Positions 1-10,088 of a stretch of 64,000 nt of DNA are shown here, one piece after another. Position numbers and translations under genes: made by a program. The notes under the pieces were generated by a model. That model had not been told where the DNA came from and searched no databases. It saw only the letters and a list, made by a program, of their open reading frames with translations. Numbering within the stretch: position 1 is the stretch's first letter; the number at the start of each line of letters is the position of its first letter. Origin of the DNA: Methanotrichaceae archaeon (lineage in GTDB: Archaea; Halobacteriota; Methanosarcinia; Methanotrichales; Methanotrichaceae); the NCBI GenBank assembly GCA_963803145.1, contig CAWDLW010000013.1:20721-84720 (forward strand), written 5' to 3'.

Positions 1-1
1 A

Positions 2-766
2 GATGGATTCAAGAAGCTTATTTACGATTACAGGTCTCCCTGGGGCATCGAAACTCAAGATACCTTCGGAGCGCCCGGCAGAATATTCGGAGAGTATTTT
101 GAAAAGGAGCTCGCCAGAAATGCGGACGTAATCACAACAGTCAATGCTCCGCTTGCAAAAAAGGTGAAGGAATATGCGCCTGAAAAAGAGGTACACATAA
201 TACCAAACTACCCTTCACGCTCGTTCTCTAAGATAGAAACTGAGTCCGTTAGTTCAGATAATTTTGCCGAGCCTGATAAGAAGCCCATAATTTTCATAGG
301 AAGAGTCTGCACTCAGGAGGGAATTGGAAAGCTGCTTGAGACTGCAAAGGCAATGCCTGACCGGGAGTTCTGGATCATCGGAAGCGGACCTTTTGCCTGG
401 TGGTATCTCTGGAGAAAGCCGGAGAACATCAAGTATCTGGGCTGGCAGCCTCATAATAAGATCCCCGGCATAGTAAAGAAGGCTAAACTCTGCCTTATAC
501 CCAGGGAGAAGAATGGGCTTACACCTTACTCCACTGACAAGAGCATCTGGAAGCTGAATGAATACCTGAATATGGGTAATATTGTAGTAGCTTCAGGTAT
601 TTCGCGTGAGGAGCCAAGGAAAAACCTGGTGATTGTAGAAAGCGACCGTTTTAAGGATGCTATAATTGAGCATCTAAATGATAAACCTCAGAAGCTCCTG
701 GAGAAGGATTACAAATATTGGGATATGAATACTGAGGCCATCAAAGAGATTTATGAGAGCATTTAA
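2..766 (+). CDS. Glycosyltransferase, GT4-like (5' truncated by window edge)
   Basis: Frame is open from base 2 (DGFKKLIYDYRSPW...NADVITTVN) into ORF 164..766; GT-B motifs IFIGR, IIGSG, YLGW; located in a glycan cluster. Confidence 0.75.
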   Translation, partial: DGFKKLIYDYRSPWGIETQDTFGAPGRIFGEYFEKELARNADVITTVNAPLAKKVKEYAPEKEVHIIPNYPSRSFSKIETESVSSDNFAEPDKKPIIFIGRVCTQEGIGKLLETAKAMPDREFWIIGSGPFAWWYLWRKPENIKYLGWQPHNKIPGIVKKAKLCLIPREKNGLTPYSTDKSIWKLNEYLNMGNIVVASGISREEPRKNLVIVESDRFKDAIIEHLNDKPQKLLEKDYKYWDMNTEAIKEIYESI

Positions 767-770
767 AAAA

Positions 771-794
771 GTTCAGGCCTTAAAAAGCCTGGAC
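771..794 (+). terminator. Hairpin just downstream of the GT gene
   Basis: GTTCAGGC-8 nt-GCCTGGAC stem (one G-U pair) 4 nt after the stop codon. Confidence 0.35.
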
Positions 795-912
795 TCCTCC
801 TTAATATTGGGGAAATGATCCCGAGCAGACTTGAAGAGAGGAGCTGGACTGTGGAGCAAATGCATGCATCTGATGGCCTATGGCCTGTAGCCTTCTGCCT
901 GAGTGAATAGCC

Positions 913-1006
913 ATGGGCAGGAGCTTCGAGAGCGTGAGGATGGCCGTAAAAGATGTCTCGGCCAGGTGGCTTGAAGGCTTTTGATGAGCAGGAGGCTCAG
1001 AAGTGA
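913..1006 (+). pseudogene. Short degraded remnant resembling the small archaeal PolB2-operon-associated protein
   Basis: Reads MGRSFESVRMAVKDVSARWL then frameshifts; resembles from memory the N-terminus of that family. Confidence 0.35.
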
Positions 1007-1662
1007 AAAGGGCACATATTAAAGGGGAGAAAAAAAGAATAAAAGAACTGTTTTTATAAATTAACTAAAAATAAATAATAGAAAACAGCAAAAACCAGAA
1101 CAATTAGTATATTTACGATCAACCGTTCCCAGAATTCATATCTAAGATATGTAAAATCTAAAAAGACTATAAGAGCTACTGCTATCAGTACATATACTAT
1201 GTTAACTGTTAAATTCGCCATTTAAACACCAATCGTTTTTTATAAATCTTTCTATTATTTAACCTTTGGTTTATAACATCAAAGTGTCATTTAACTTGCA
1301 GAAGACAATACAGCCTTTGCGCTCCAGATTTTATGGTTGCCTGCGGAGATTATATTTGAGCAGGTGTATAACAACAAGAAGGCCAAGAAAACTTTTCTAT
1401 AACACGTAGCAAAATAGAAGGCCATTTAGATCGTGCAATGAGAATGATTGAAGGTCTGCATAGTAAGAGAGGAGTTTGATGGCATTGTCTTACATTTACT
1501 ATACTCCACATGCTGACACATAAAGTTCTGGCTGTATTGATTAAAAGTTCAATATGGTAATCATTCAGAATCAGAGAATCAGTTTGGCCCGAAAGGTTTT
1601 TATCAGCAGTAATCAGACGATGCACAATTCTAAAAAAGATAATTTGTAAGGAGAAGCTTGAG

Positions 1663-2280
1663 ATGGCTAGAAGGACAAGTATAACCGTAATAATGTTGAT
1701 TTCGATCTGTACCCTTTTTTCTGTTCTGATTGCGCTGGCGGACGATGTTTCATTGGAGAACAACGTTGATCGTCCAGGTTCAGATTACGCCAGCTTCAAT
1801 CTTGGGGGTGGTGTTGCGGGTGATTACGCGACCACTTGCCGTGATATCTGTGCTGGGGATCCGGAATGTAAAGCATTATCCATCGTGAAACCTGGTGTCC
1901 AAGGACCCAATGGACGCTGCTCATTGAAAAATGCCGTGCCCAACCCGGTCCCTAACAACAACTGTATATCTGGAGTCAAGACCTCGGCTGCCCAAGCAGA
2001 CCTGACCGGCATGTGGAACTGCGATGACGGCGGAAAATACTACATAAGACAACTTGGAAATGAGATTTGGTGGTATGGCGAAGCCAATCCAGACTCATCA
2101 GGATGGTCCAACGTGATGCATGGCACAATTAGCGGCAACACTATTAATGGAAAATGGGCGGATGTCCCCAAAGGTGCCACCCAAAGCGATGGTACCATAA
2201 ACCTTAACATAGAATCCAACAATAGGCTTAACGTCATTCAAAAGACGGGCGGCTTTGCAGGATCAGTCTGGACTAGGTAG
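1663..2280 (+). CDS. Secreted protein with a PAN/apple domain and a Trp-rich C-terminal beta domain
   Basis: Signal peptide; LENNVDRPGSDY...C..IC...PEC.A....C.LK...N.CISG PAN_4 pattern; then DLTGMWNCDDGGKYYIRQ..WWYGE. Confidence 0.7.
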   Translation: MARRTSITVIMLISICTLFSVLIALADDVSLENNVDRPGSDYASFNLGGGVAGDYATTCRDICAGDPECKALSIVKPGVQGPNGRCSLKNAVPNPVPNNNCISGVKTSAAQADLTGMWNCDDGGKYYIRQLGNEIWWYGEANPDSSGWSNVMHGTISGNTINGKWADVPKGATQSDGTINLNIESNNRLNVIQKTGGFAGSVWTR

Positions 2281-2524
2281 GGCCCGGAGTTCGGGAGATC
2301 TTCCCATTTTTAGGACACTGGAAAGATTAAGGCCCGAATTTTTTAATCGATGTGGATATCTTCATACACTAGAATGCAAGCATCGCTAGATCTCACGCGA
2401 TATATCTGATGCTATCGATTAGAATCTCTGATTTTTGGTATAATCAGAAATATGTTCATCAACATGAAGAGGTAGACGACCCGAACTAGTGTTAACCATA
2501 AATCTTTGGGGCAGAACCCTCCGC

Positions 2525-4330
2525 TTACTCCACCGTCACACATTTCGCAAGGTTCCGAGGCTTATCTATCGGCTGGCCGAGCTTGCTCGCAGTGTAATAG
2601 GACAGCAGCTGCACAGCTACTGTGCAAAGCATAGCCGATATAGCCGGCCTGGTCTCTGGCAACCTTATGACAACATTTGCTACCTTGCCGATGTCAGGAT
2701 CGCTCTCTTCCGCCATGGCAATCACGTCTGCACCCCGTGCCCTGACCTCCTTTATGTTTGACTGAATCTTCTTGCCGCAGGTGGCCAGTGCTACAACAGG
2801 AGTTCTATCGGTTATCAATGCGAGCGGTCCATGCTTCAGCTCTCCTCCTGCATAGCCCTCGGACGGTATATAGGCGATCTCCTTCATCTTCAGGGCACCT
2901 TCAAGCGCAATTGGATAGAGGAAATCACGACCTATGAAGAAGTAGCAGCCTGCGCTCGCATACATTTCAGCAACCTCCTTTATCTTCTCACGCTTCTCAA
3001 GGACGCTCTGCACAAGCCCGGGAAGCCTCGTAAGCTCTATAAGCATCTTCCTTGCCCGATCAGGAGATAAGTAGCCTCTCGCTCTGCCCAGGCGTATTGC
3101 CAGCAGGAAGAGCGCGAGGAGCTGACTCGAGAAGGTCTTGGTTGCAGCTACACCGATCTCAGGCCCGCAACGTGTGTATATTGTTCCATCTACGAGCTGT
3201 GTGACAGTGCTTCCAACGACATTTGTTATGGCAAGGCTCCGAACTCCGCAGGTTTTCGCCTTTTTAAGCGCTATGAGCGTGTCAGCTGTCTCACCCGACT
3301 GGGTTATGCCCAAAATGAGAGTTCTAGGCCTTATCTGAAGGTGCTGGAACTCTGAAGCAACTTCTACATCAACAGGTAGGCCCGCTGCGCGCGGAAACAG
3401 GTACTTTGCGAAAAGCCCAGCATGATATGAGGTACCGCATGCGATGATAGTGACTCTCTCCAAAGTTTCCATCTCATCATCGCTCATTCCCAGATCGAGC
3501 CTTACATCTCCATCTATCTCGGATATTCTGCCTGCCAGCGTCTCACGAAGCCCGCGTGGCTGCTCGTGGATCTCCTTGAGCATGAAGTGAGGGTAGCCAC
3601 CCTTCTCCGCGGCATCCATATCCCAATTGATCTTCTCTATCTCGTGAGAGTGCGGCCTTCCTGCCAGATCGCTTATCTCTACCCTGTCTTCATAGAGCCT
3701 TGCAACCTCGCCATCTCTCATCCTGACAACATCCCGGGTATATGGCAATAGAGCTGGCACATCTGATGCAACATAGACGGCATCTGTGCCCACGCCTATA
3801 ACCAGAGGGCTATCCTTGCGGGCGCAGACAAGATATGGTGAGCTGGATGCTAGAACAGCCATTGCATAAGAGCCCTCTACCTTCGCAAGGGCTTTTATAA
3901 CAGCATCTGCCAGATCTCCCTTATAATACATATTTATGAGGTGGGCCAGTACCTCGCTATCTGTCTCAGACTGAAACTCGAAGCCCATCTCTGTCAAAAG
4001 TTCTCTTAGCTCAAGATAGTTCTCGATTATGCCATTGTGCACTATCGCTATCTCGCCTGATGTAAAAGGATGCGCATTTCTATCGCTGGGCTTACCGTGC
4101 GTGGCCCACCTTGTATGCCCTATGCCCATGCTCTCTCCGGGAGAGCCGAGTCCTACATAGGCCTTCTCAAGATCACTAATTCGGCCCGCTGATTTGATGA
4201 CCTCTATCTCACCCTCGGTCTTGATTGCTATCCCTGCCGAATCATAGCCCCGATATTCCAACCTCTTGAGGGTGTCGAAGAGCACAGGCCCGGCCTTTCC
4301 CACGCCAATATATGCAACTATTCCACACAT
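2525..4330 (-). CDS. glmS: Glutamine--fructose-6-phosphate aminotransferase
   Basis: N-terminal MCGI, GHTRWATHG, SIS domains with GELKHGP, C-terminal PRNLAK. Confidence 0.97.
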   Translation of the reverse strand: MCGIVAYIGVGKAGPVLFDTLKRLEYRGYDSAGIAIKTEGEIEVIKSAGRISDLEKAYVGLGSPGESMGIGHTRWATHGKPSDRNAHPFTSGEIAIVHNGIIENYLELRELLTEMGFEFQSETDSEVLAHLINMYYKGDLADAVIKALAKVEGSYAMAVLASSSPYLVCARKDSPLVIGVGTDAVYVASDVPALLPYTRDVVRMRDGEVARLYEDRVEISDLAGRPHSHEIEKINWDMDAAEKGGYPHFMLKEIHEQPRGLRETLAGRISEIDGDVRLDLGMSDDEMETLERVTIIACGTSYHAGLFAKYLFPRAAGLPVDVEVASEFQHLQIRPRTLILGITQSGETADTLIALKKAKTCGVRSLAITNVVGSTVTQLVDGTIYTRCGPEIGVAATKTFSSQLLALFLLAIRLGRARGYLSPDRARKMLIELTRLPGLVQSVLEKREKIKEVAEMYASAGCYFFIGRDFLYPIALEGALKMKEIAYIPSEGYAGGELKHGPLALITDRTPVVALATCGKKIQSNIKEVRARGADVIAMAEESDPDIGKVANVVIRLPETRPAISAMLCTVAVQLLSYYTASKLGQPIDKPRNLAKCVTVE

Positions 4331-4331
4331 C

Positions 4332-5537
4332 TCAGATCACCCTGCTGCCACGCTCTATCCATCCTCTCACAACAGCTCCGGACCCAATTCGGGCATCAGT
4401 CTCAAGAACTGTGCCGGGATTCAACATTCCCCTGCTGCCCACTATTACATTATCTGCAATTATTGAGCCGAACTCTGCCCTATGAAATTCATCCTCGACC
4501 TCGACTATCGCATCTCCCGATTCTACGATGGCCTGATCGCCTATAAAACAGCTTGCGCCCACAACGGAATCGGAGATTACAACAGCAGAGCCTATTCTTG
4601 TGCCATTCATGATAATACTGTTTCGTATCTCAGAGCTTGAACCAATCCTTACAGAATCGCCAATGGAGGTTGCAGGCTGTATTGTCGCATTAGGGCCTAT
4701 ATCACAGTCCTTGCCTATTGAAATCGGTCCAACCAGATAAGAGCCAGATCTAACTACAGTTCCAGGCCCGATATCAACTGCCCCACGAACCCTCGCACCC
4801 TCTTCGATCTCGCCTGATATCTTCGGCATTCTAAGATTCATGGCAAGGCTGTTGGCGTTCAGAAGATCCCATGCTAATATGGCATCCGCCCAGATGCCCT
4901 TTGTGAGTACAGACTTTATTTCCAAGCCATCTTTGATCATCTGCGATAGCGTCTGGGTCAGTTCATAGGATCCACGCTCTGAGATAGGCGTCTTTGGCAG
5001 CTCATCGAAGATATTGGTTCCGAATTTGTAGGCTCCTGTATTCAGTATTCCTGCACAAGGCCTTCCTGGCTTTTCCCTAATCGATACTACTTTATCCTGC
5101 TCAACTGTAAGGACTCCATAATCGCCTGTGTGCTCCCGCAGTGCTGCTAGTATGACATAATCTCCAACAGACGTGACAAGATCACGGATAGCTTTGTCAT
5201 CAAGAAGGTTATCGCCATTGACAACAAGGAATTCTCCATCCATATAGGGCTCGGCTTGGGCCAATGCGTGAGCAGTTCCGAGAATCTCCTTTTGCTCGAT
5301 GTAGGTTATATCAACGCCGTATTTGATGCCGTCCTCAAAATGATCCATTATCCGCTCTTTCTGATAGCCAACTACGATACAAAGCTCTTTGACATCATTC
5401 GTAGCCAGCGCTCTAATCACGTGCTCCATAAAGGGCCTATTGCCCACGGGAAGCATGACCTTAGATCTTGTCTGAGTAAGCGGCCTGCATCTGCGGCCTT
5501 CTCCTGCTGCCAATATAACTGCCTTCAACTTAATCAC
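4332..5537 (-). CDS. glmU: Bifunctional sugar-1-phosphate nucleotidylyltransferase/acetyltransferase (archaeal GlmU type)
   Basis: AVILAAGEG.R.RPLT NTP-transferase motif, hexapeptide-repeat C-terminus, adjacent to glmS. Confidence 0.85.
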   Translation of the reverse strand: MIKLKAVILAAGEGRRCRPLTQTRSKVMLPVGNRPFMEHVIRALATNDVKELCIVVGYQKERIMDHFEDGIKYGVDITYIEQKEILGTAHALAQAEPYMDGEFLVVNGDNLLDDKAIRDLVTSVGDYVILAALREHTGDYGVLTVEQDKVVSIREKPGRPCAGILNTGAYKFGTNIFDELPKTPISERGSYELTQTLSQMIKDGLEIKSVLTKGIWADAILAWDLLNANSLAMNLRMPKISGEIEEGARVRGAVDIGPGTVVRSGSYLVGPISIGKDCDIGPNATIQPATSIGDSVRIGSSSEIRNSIIMNGTRIGSAVVISDSVVGASCFIGDQAIVESGDAIVEVEDEFHRAEFGSIIADNVIVGSRGMLNPGTVLETDARIGSGAVVRGWIERGSRVI

Positions 5538-5737
5538 TGCCGGGATAACTCAAAGAGATAGTAAAGCCAAAACTTGCTTTATATCTTTCGGTCTAGTATA
5601 TGTTGTTATCTTAATAATTATGAAAAATAGGAGGACTTAGGCTTTTTATAGATGTAAATACATTGGACCTCAGTCAGGTAAAGGCGAGACATAATAGGTA
5701 TATATAGTGTTACTTAATCAAAAGGCTATTTCATAAG

Positions 5738-6883
5738 ATGAAGATATTAGTAATACCCACCACCGATTGGGTTAGGCACCCATTTCCCAACAGATTGAAC
5801 TTCGTATTTGACATTTTGGCCGAGAAACATGACGTCTACGTTATGCATTTCAATCTCAAAAAGTTCAAGGACCAGGAGCCAAGGGAGACGAAGTGCAAGC
5901 TGGTGGATGCAGGAGGGATCGACTGTGAGGACCCATCACGTTATTACTTGCTGAACGCGCCCAATCATCTTCGGAAGATCAGAGAAATTATTGATAGAGA
6001 AAGAATAGATGTGATATTATCAGCCAATATCCTCCCCTCTTTTGCCGCCAACTTCTCAGGTGTGCCGGTAGTCTTTGATTATCTCGACCACCTTGAGGAA
6101 TCAGCATCCATATACTACCCAGGCTCGACCTTCGGCAGACTGGTCAAAAAAGGCGTGGGCCTTATCGTTAGATACAACATCAGACATGCCCACTCCATTA
6201 TTACAGTTACAGATGAGTTCAAGAATTATCTTAGCTCCATTGGAGGAAAGGATATCACCGTTATACCAAACGGCGTCGACTCCGAGCTCCTGAAGCCGCT
6301 CTCTATTGAGGAGTCTAAAAGAAGGCTCGGCCTTGAGGGATATGTCCTGGGGTATGTGGGGTCTTTGGAGTATTGGGTGGATCTGGAGACTGTAATTGAG
6401 GCACTTCCTCGGCTGAATGTCAAGCTTCTGATCATCGGACCGGGGCTTTTCACAGACTACGGCGACAAAATAAAGCGGCTAGCGGAAGATCTTGGAGTGA
6501 GCAATAAAGTAATATTCACTGGCACGATCAAGTACCAGAACCTGAGTCCATACATATCTGCCATGGACATAGGCTTGAATCCCCTCAAAAAGATGAAGAA
6601 GAACGAAGAGACCGTGGGAGGCAAGGTCTTCAACTACCTAGCCTGCGGGCGTCCAGTGCTCTCCAGCCGCATGGTCTCACTAGAGAGGCTGCTTGGTGAT
6701 GAGATACATTACTACGATGATGTTGAGAGCTTTATCGGGCAGACGGAGCTCATTTTACGCTCAAACACAGATGAAGGTAAGCTCAGATCAGTTGCCAGAA
6801 AGTATGATTGGCGGAATATAGCAGGAGCTTATGAAGGGATACTGAACAAGGCAACGGATGTGCAGATACAAAAGGATTCCTAG
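5738..6883 (+). CDS. Glycosyltransferase family 4
   Basis: VIPNGVD, LGYVGSL, KVFNYLACGRPV. Confidence 0.9.
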   Translation: MKILVIPTTDWVRHPFPNRLNFVFDILAEKHDVYVMHFNLKKFKDQEPRETKCKLVDAGGIDCEDPSRYYLLNAPNHLRKIREIIDRERIDVILSANILPSFAANFSGVPVVFDYLDHLEESASIYYPGSTFGRLVKKGVGLIVRYNIRHAHSIITVTDEFKNYLSSIGGKDITVIPNGVDSELLKPLSIEESKRRLGLEGYVLGYVGSLEYWVDLETVIEALPRLNVKLLIIGPGLFTDYGDKIKRLAEDLGVSNKVIFTGTIKYQNLSPYISAMDIGLNPLKKMKKNEETVGGKVFNYLACGRPVLSSRMVSLERLLGDEIHYYDDVESFIGQTELILRSNTDEGKLRSVARKYDWRNIAGAYEGILNKATDVQIQKDS

Positions 6884-6934
6884 AGAAGATGGCATTAAAA
6901 AGCGAAGTCAATCCGTCAAACATGGAGACATAAG

Positions 6935-7903
6935 ATGAAACTTGCCTTCGTTTACTATCGGCAATCGTCTTTTATAAGACAGGATGCCGAGATCCTCTCG
7001 AGGCATTTTCAGGTAGAAGAGGTCAATTATACCCGTCCGCTGGATATATTCAGGATCGCAAAGGCCATCTGGAGATCAGAGGTAGCTTTTTCCTGGTTTG
7101 CATCGGGGCACTCATTTCTGGTGGTGGTATTCTCGATTCTCTTTAGAAAGAGGTCAGTGATTGTTGCAGGAGGTTACGATGTTGCTTTTGCTCCTGAGAT
7201 CAACTATGGTCAATATACCCTCGGGCGACAAAAGAGGATGTACTCTGATTTTGTGCTTAGGAATGCTGATATTATCCTTGCTGTCTCAGAGTTCACAAAA
7301 TCAGAGCTGCTTTCCCGACAGAGGCCTAAAAGGGTTGAGATAGTCTATAACGGAGTAGATACAGATAAATTCAAGCCTGAAGGCAAGAAAGAAGAGATGG
7401 TGATGACGGTAGCCTCGGGGTTTGGAAATGTGATAAAATTGAAAGGCATAGACTCATTCCTTAAGGCTGCTACTCATTTTCCTGATAAAAAGTTCTTGAT
7501 TCTAGGATTATCTGACCATGATAAAGAGATCATAAACTCCCAAAACTCAATGGGAAATCTAGAGCTTCACGGACGTGTCTCCCATGAGGAACTGATCGGC
7601 TACTACCAAAGGGCGAAGGTATATTGCCAACTATCCTATAGGGAATCCTTCGGCATTGCCCTAGCTGAAGCCATGGCCTGCGAATGTATTCCAGTAGTAA
7701 CCTCACGGGGAGCAATGCCCGAGGTGGCGGGAGATATAGGATATTATGTGCCTTATGGTGATGAAAAGGCGACAGCTGAAGAAATAGAAAAAGCCCTACA
7801 CTCAGATAAGGGAAGGATGGCTAGAGAGAGGGTAAAAAGCCTGTTTTCCATAGATAAAAGAGAGAAGGGGCTAGTTAAGGTAATCAATACGATAGTTGGA
7901 TAA
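6935..7903 (+). CDS. Glycosyltransferase family 4
   Basis: VYNGVDTDKF, ESFGIALAEAMACE (E-X7-E). Confidence 0.92.
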   Translation: MKLAFVYYRQSSFIRQDAEILSRHFQVEEVNYTRPLDIFRIAKAIWRSEVAFSWFASGHSFLVVVFSILFRKRSVIVAGGYDVAFAPEINYGQYTLGRQKRMYSDFVLRNADIILAVSEFTKSELLSRQRPKRVEIVYNGVDTDKFKPEGKKEEMVMTVASGFGNVIKLKGIDSFLKAATHFPDKKFLILGLSDHDKEIINSQNSMGNLELHGRVSHEELIGYYQRAKVYCQLSYRESFGIALAEAMACECIPVVTSRGAMPEVAGDIGYYVPYGDEKATAEEIEKALHSDKGRMARERVKSLFSIDKREKGLVKVINTIVG

Positions 7904-7926
7904 GATAAAATGCAGACGGAGGAAGA

Positions 7927-8718
7927 TTGCTGCCTGAGATAGATTATATAATTCCGACCTGGAACAGCGGAGCTACCTTGGGCATAACGCTCCAAGCCAT
8001 TAGAAAATACGGCCATCCGCACGACATAATAATCCTGGACAGGAATTCCAAGGATGATACCGGGTATATTGCCCAGCAATTCGGATGTAAGGTCATCACT
8101 TCAACGAGGTCGTTGGGTGCGGCAAGGCGACAGGGAGCTGGAATTGCAAAGACAGATTTGGTCGCATATATCGATTCCGATGTTGAAATTAACGAACAGT
8201 GGCAAGAAGTCCTCTATTGTGCGTGGGAGAGAAAGTACAAGGACGCTGGAGTGATCGGAGCATATTATAAAGGGTCTAATCTTGACAATATTACATCTCA
8301 TCTGGCGTTGTATGAGGGCAATGGTGCATTTGGTTGTATAGTTACATCCAGAGATCTGGTACTGGAATGCACTGAATTGGATGATTACTCAAGTGCAGAG
8401 GATAGAATTTTTGCCAGGTTTCTGAAGACGAAAGGATTGAAGTGGTATATATTGCCAGTAGGCATCTCGCATTACCAAAACATTACTAAAATACCCTACT
8501 ACTCACGCTGGAGATGGCTTGGCGCGGGTCTCCGGACTATGGAGGGGTTTCGCCTTGTAAATGTTAAAAGAATTATGGGTGGTGCGGTATTTGGTATTAA
8601 GATGAACAACCTAGATATCGACTACTGGGAGAATTTCAGAATTAGATACAACTATTTTGTAGGGTATATTAAGTACAAAGAATATTATGAACTTGACCGT
8701 GATAGCTTGATAAGATAA
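7927..8718 (+). CDS. Glycosyltransferase family 2
   Basis: IIPTWNS, DRNSKDDT, YIDSD DxD motif; GGAGG upstream of TTG. Confidence 0.88.
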   Translation: MLPEIDYIIPTWNSGATLGITLQAIRKYGHPHDIIILDRNSKDDTGYIAQQFGCKVITSTRSLGAARRQGAGIAKTDLVAYIDSDVEINEQWQEVLYCAWERKYKDAGVIGAYYKGSNLDNITSHLALYEGNGAFGCIVTSRDLVLECTELDDYSSAEDRIFARFLKTKGLKWYILPVGISHYQNITKIPYYSRWRWLGAGLRTMEGFRLVNVKRIMGGAVFGIKMNNLDIDYWENFRIRYNYFVGYIKYKEYYELDRDSLIR

Positions 8719-8740
8719 AAGGCACGCTATCGTTTGAGAG

Positions 8741-9958
8741 CTATTTAGAAGATTGCGTAGATGCATTCAAGACTTCTTGGTAGACATCTATAGTCTCATC
8801 AACCATACGTTCCAGGCTGAATCTCTTTATGATCTTATTCCTGGCACGCTCTCCCAGCTCAACCCTCAAATTATCATTATCAAATAACATCAGAAGCTTT
8901 TTCTCTAAATCAGATATGTCCCCTGGTTCTGCTAGAATACCATCGATACCATCTTTTATAATTTCCATCAATCCACCGATCCTTGAAGCAACTATCGGTT
9001 TTCCACACGACATAGCCTCAAGAGCTACCAGTGGAAAGCATTCGGTCCTTAATGTCGGGAATGCAATGACTTCAGCGATGTTGTAGTACTTAGGCATATC
9101 CTCATAGGGGATTCTTCCTGTAAACAGAACTCTGTCTTCTATGCCCAGGCTGTTAGCCATTTTTTCCAAATCCATTTGAAATGGGCCGTTTCCTACTATG
9201 ATTAGCTTGGCGTCCTTCCATTTTTTCAGGACTAGATGGAATGCACTTATAAGAACATCAAAACCTTTGTACTTATCTATTCTTCCTGGAGCTACAACTA
9301 TCTTTTCTCCAGAGAGCTTTAATTTAGCTTTAAGATCTTCTGCACTGTCAGGCCGAAACTGATCAGTATCTATGCCGTTTGATACTATTTTTATTTTATT
9401 ATCCGAAATCTCATATTCTCGCTTCAAATCACAGGATTGCTGTACTCCTACAGCTATAATTTTTACAGCTCTATTTAGTATCATCCTATATCTGCGATGA
9501 AACCTAAGTCTATATTTGAAGTAATTATTGCCAGATTTAATAAGATTTTTAAACGATCTGCTAGCTTCATCACGTATTTTTCTCATAAATACTTCGTGAA
9601 CCGTCACTATAAATGGTATATCTCCAGAGAAGTATTGTGCAAAACTGAAGCCATAACCTATCTCCTCACTGTCGACCAGATCGAACCTTTCTTCTTCATT
9701 TAACTTCTTGAAGAGATTGGCAGCTTCTCTGAAGAATTTTTTAGTTACCCATTGTGTTTCTCCGACATAGAATATCCTGAGGCCCCCCCTAAACTCCATG
9801 GAACCATTCGGATGGCCGGGAGCTATCAAACAGATTAATGTCACCTTATGTCCTCGTCTGATTAGCCCTTTTATTAGCTCCTGGGTATGGACCTCCATAC
9901 CCCCTATTATACCGTCAATATCCGAAGGTAAGCCCCTAGCGAAGAAACATATATTCAC
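8741..9958 (-). CDS. Glycosyltransferase family 4
   Basis: GGMEVH, NGIDTDQF, ECFPLVALEAMSCGKP. Confidence 0.92.
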   Translation of the reverse strand: MNICFFARGLPSDIDGIIGGMEVHTQELIKGLIRRGHKVTLICLIAPGHPNGSMEFRGGLRIFYVGETQWVTKKFFREAANLFKKLNEEERFDLVDSEEIGYGFSFAQYFSGDIPFIVTVHEVFMRKIRDEASRSFKNLIKSGNNYFKYRLRFHRRYRMILNRAVKIIAVGVQQSCDLKREYEISDNKIKIVSNGIDTDQFRPDSAEDLKAKLKLSGEKIVVAPGRIDKYKGFDVLISAFHLVLKKWKDAKLIIVGNGPFQMDLEKMANSLGIEDRVLFTGRIPYEDMPKYYNIAEVIAFPTLRTECFPLVALEAMSCGKPIVASRIGGLMEIIKDGIDGILAEPGDISDLEKKLLMLFDNDNLRVELGERARNKIIKRFSLERMVDETIDVYQEVLNASTQSSK

Positions 9959-10088
9959 GATTGATCCTCAAATTTGTGTTTATATAAATCCAATTTATAT
10001 AATTTCTTGTACATCATACCGTGCCCAAAATATTCTATACTTAATGACGAGGCATTCATATAAAATTGAGTATAAATATATAATTAGT

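Noticed and set aside
1350-1763. 137-aa minus-strand ORF
   Set aside because: Overlaps the PAN gene start antisense and has no recognisable motif
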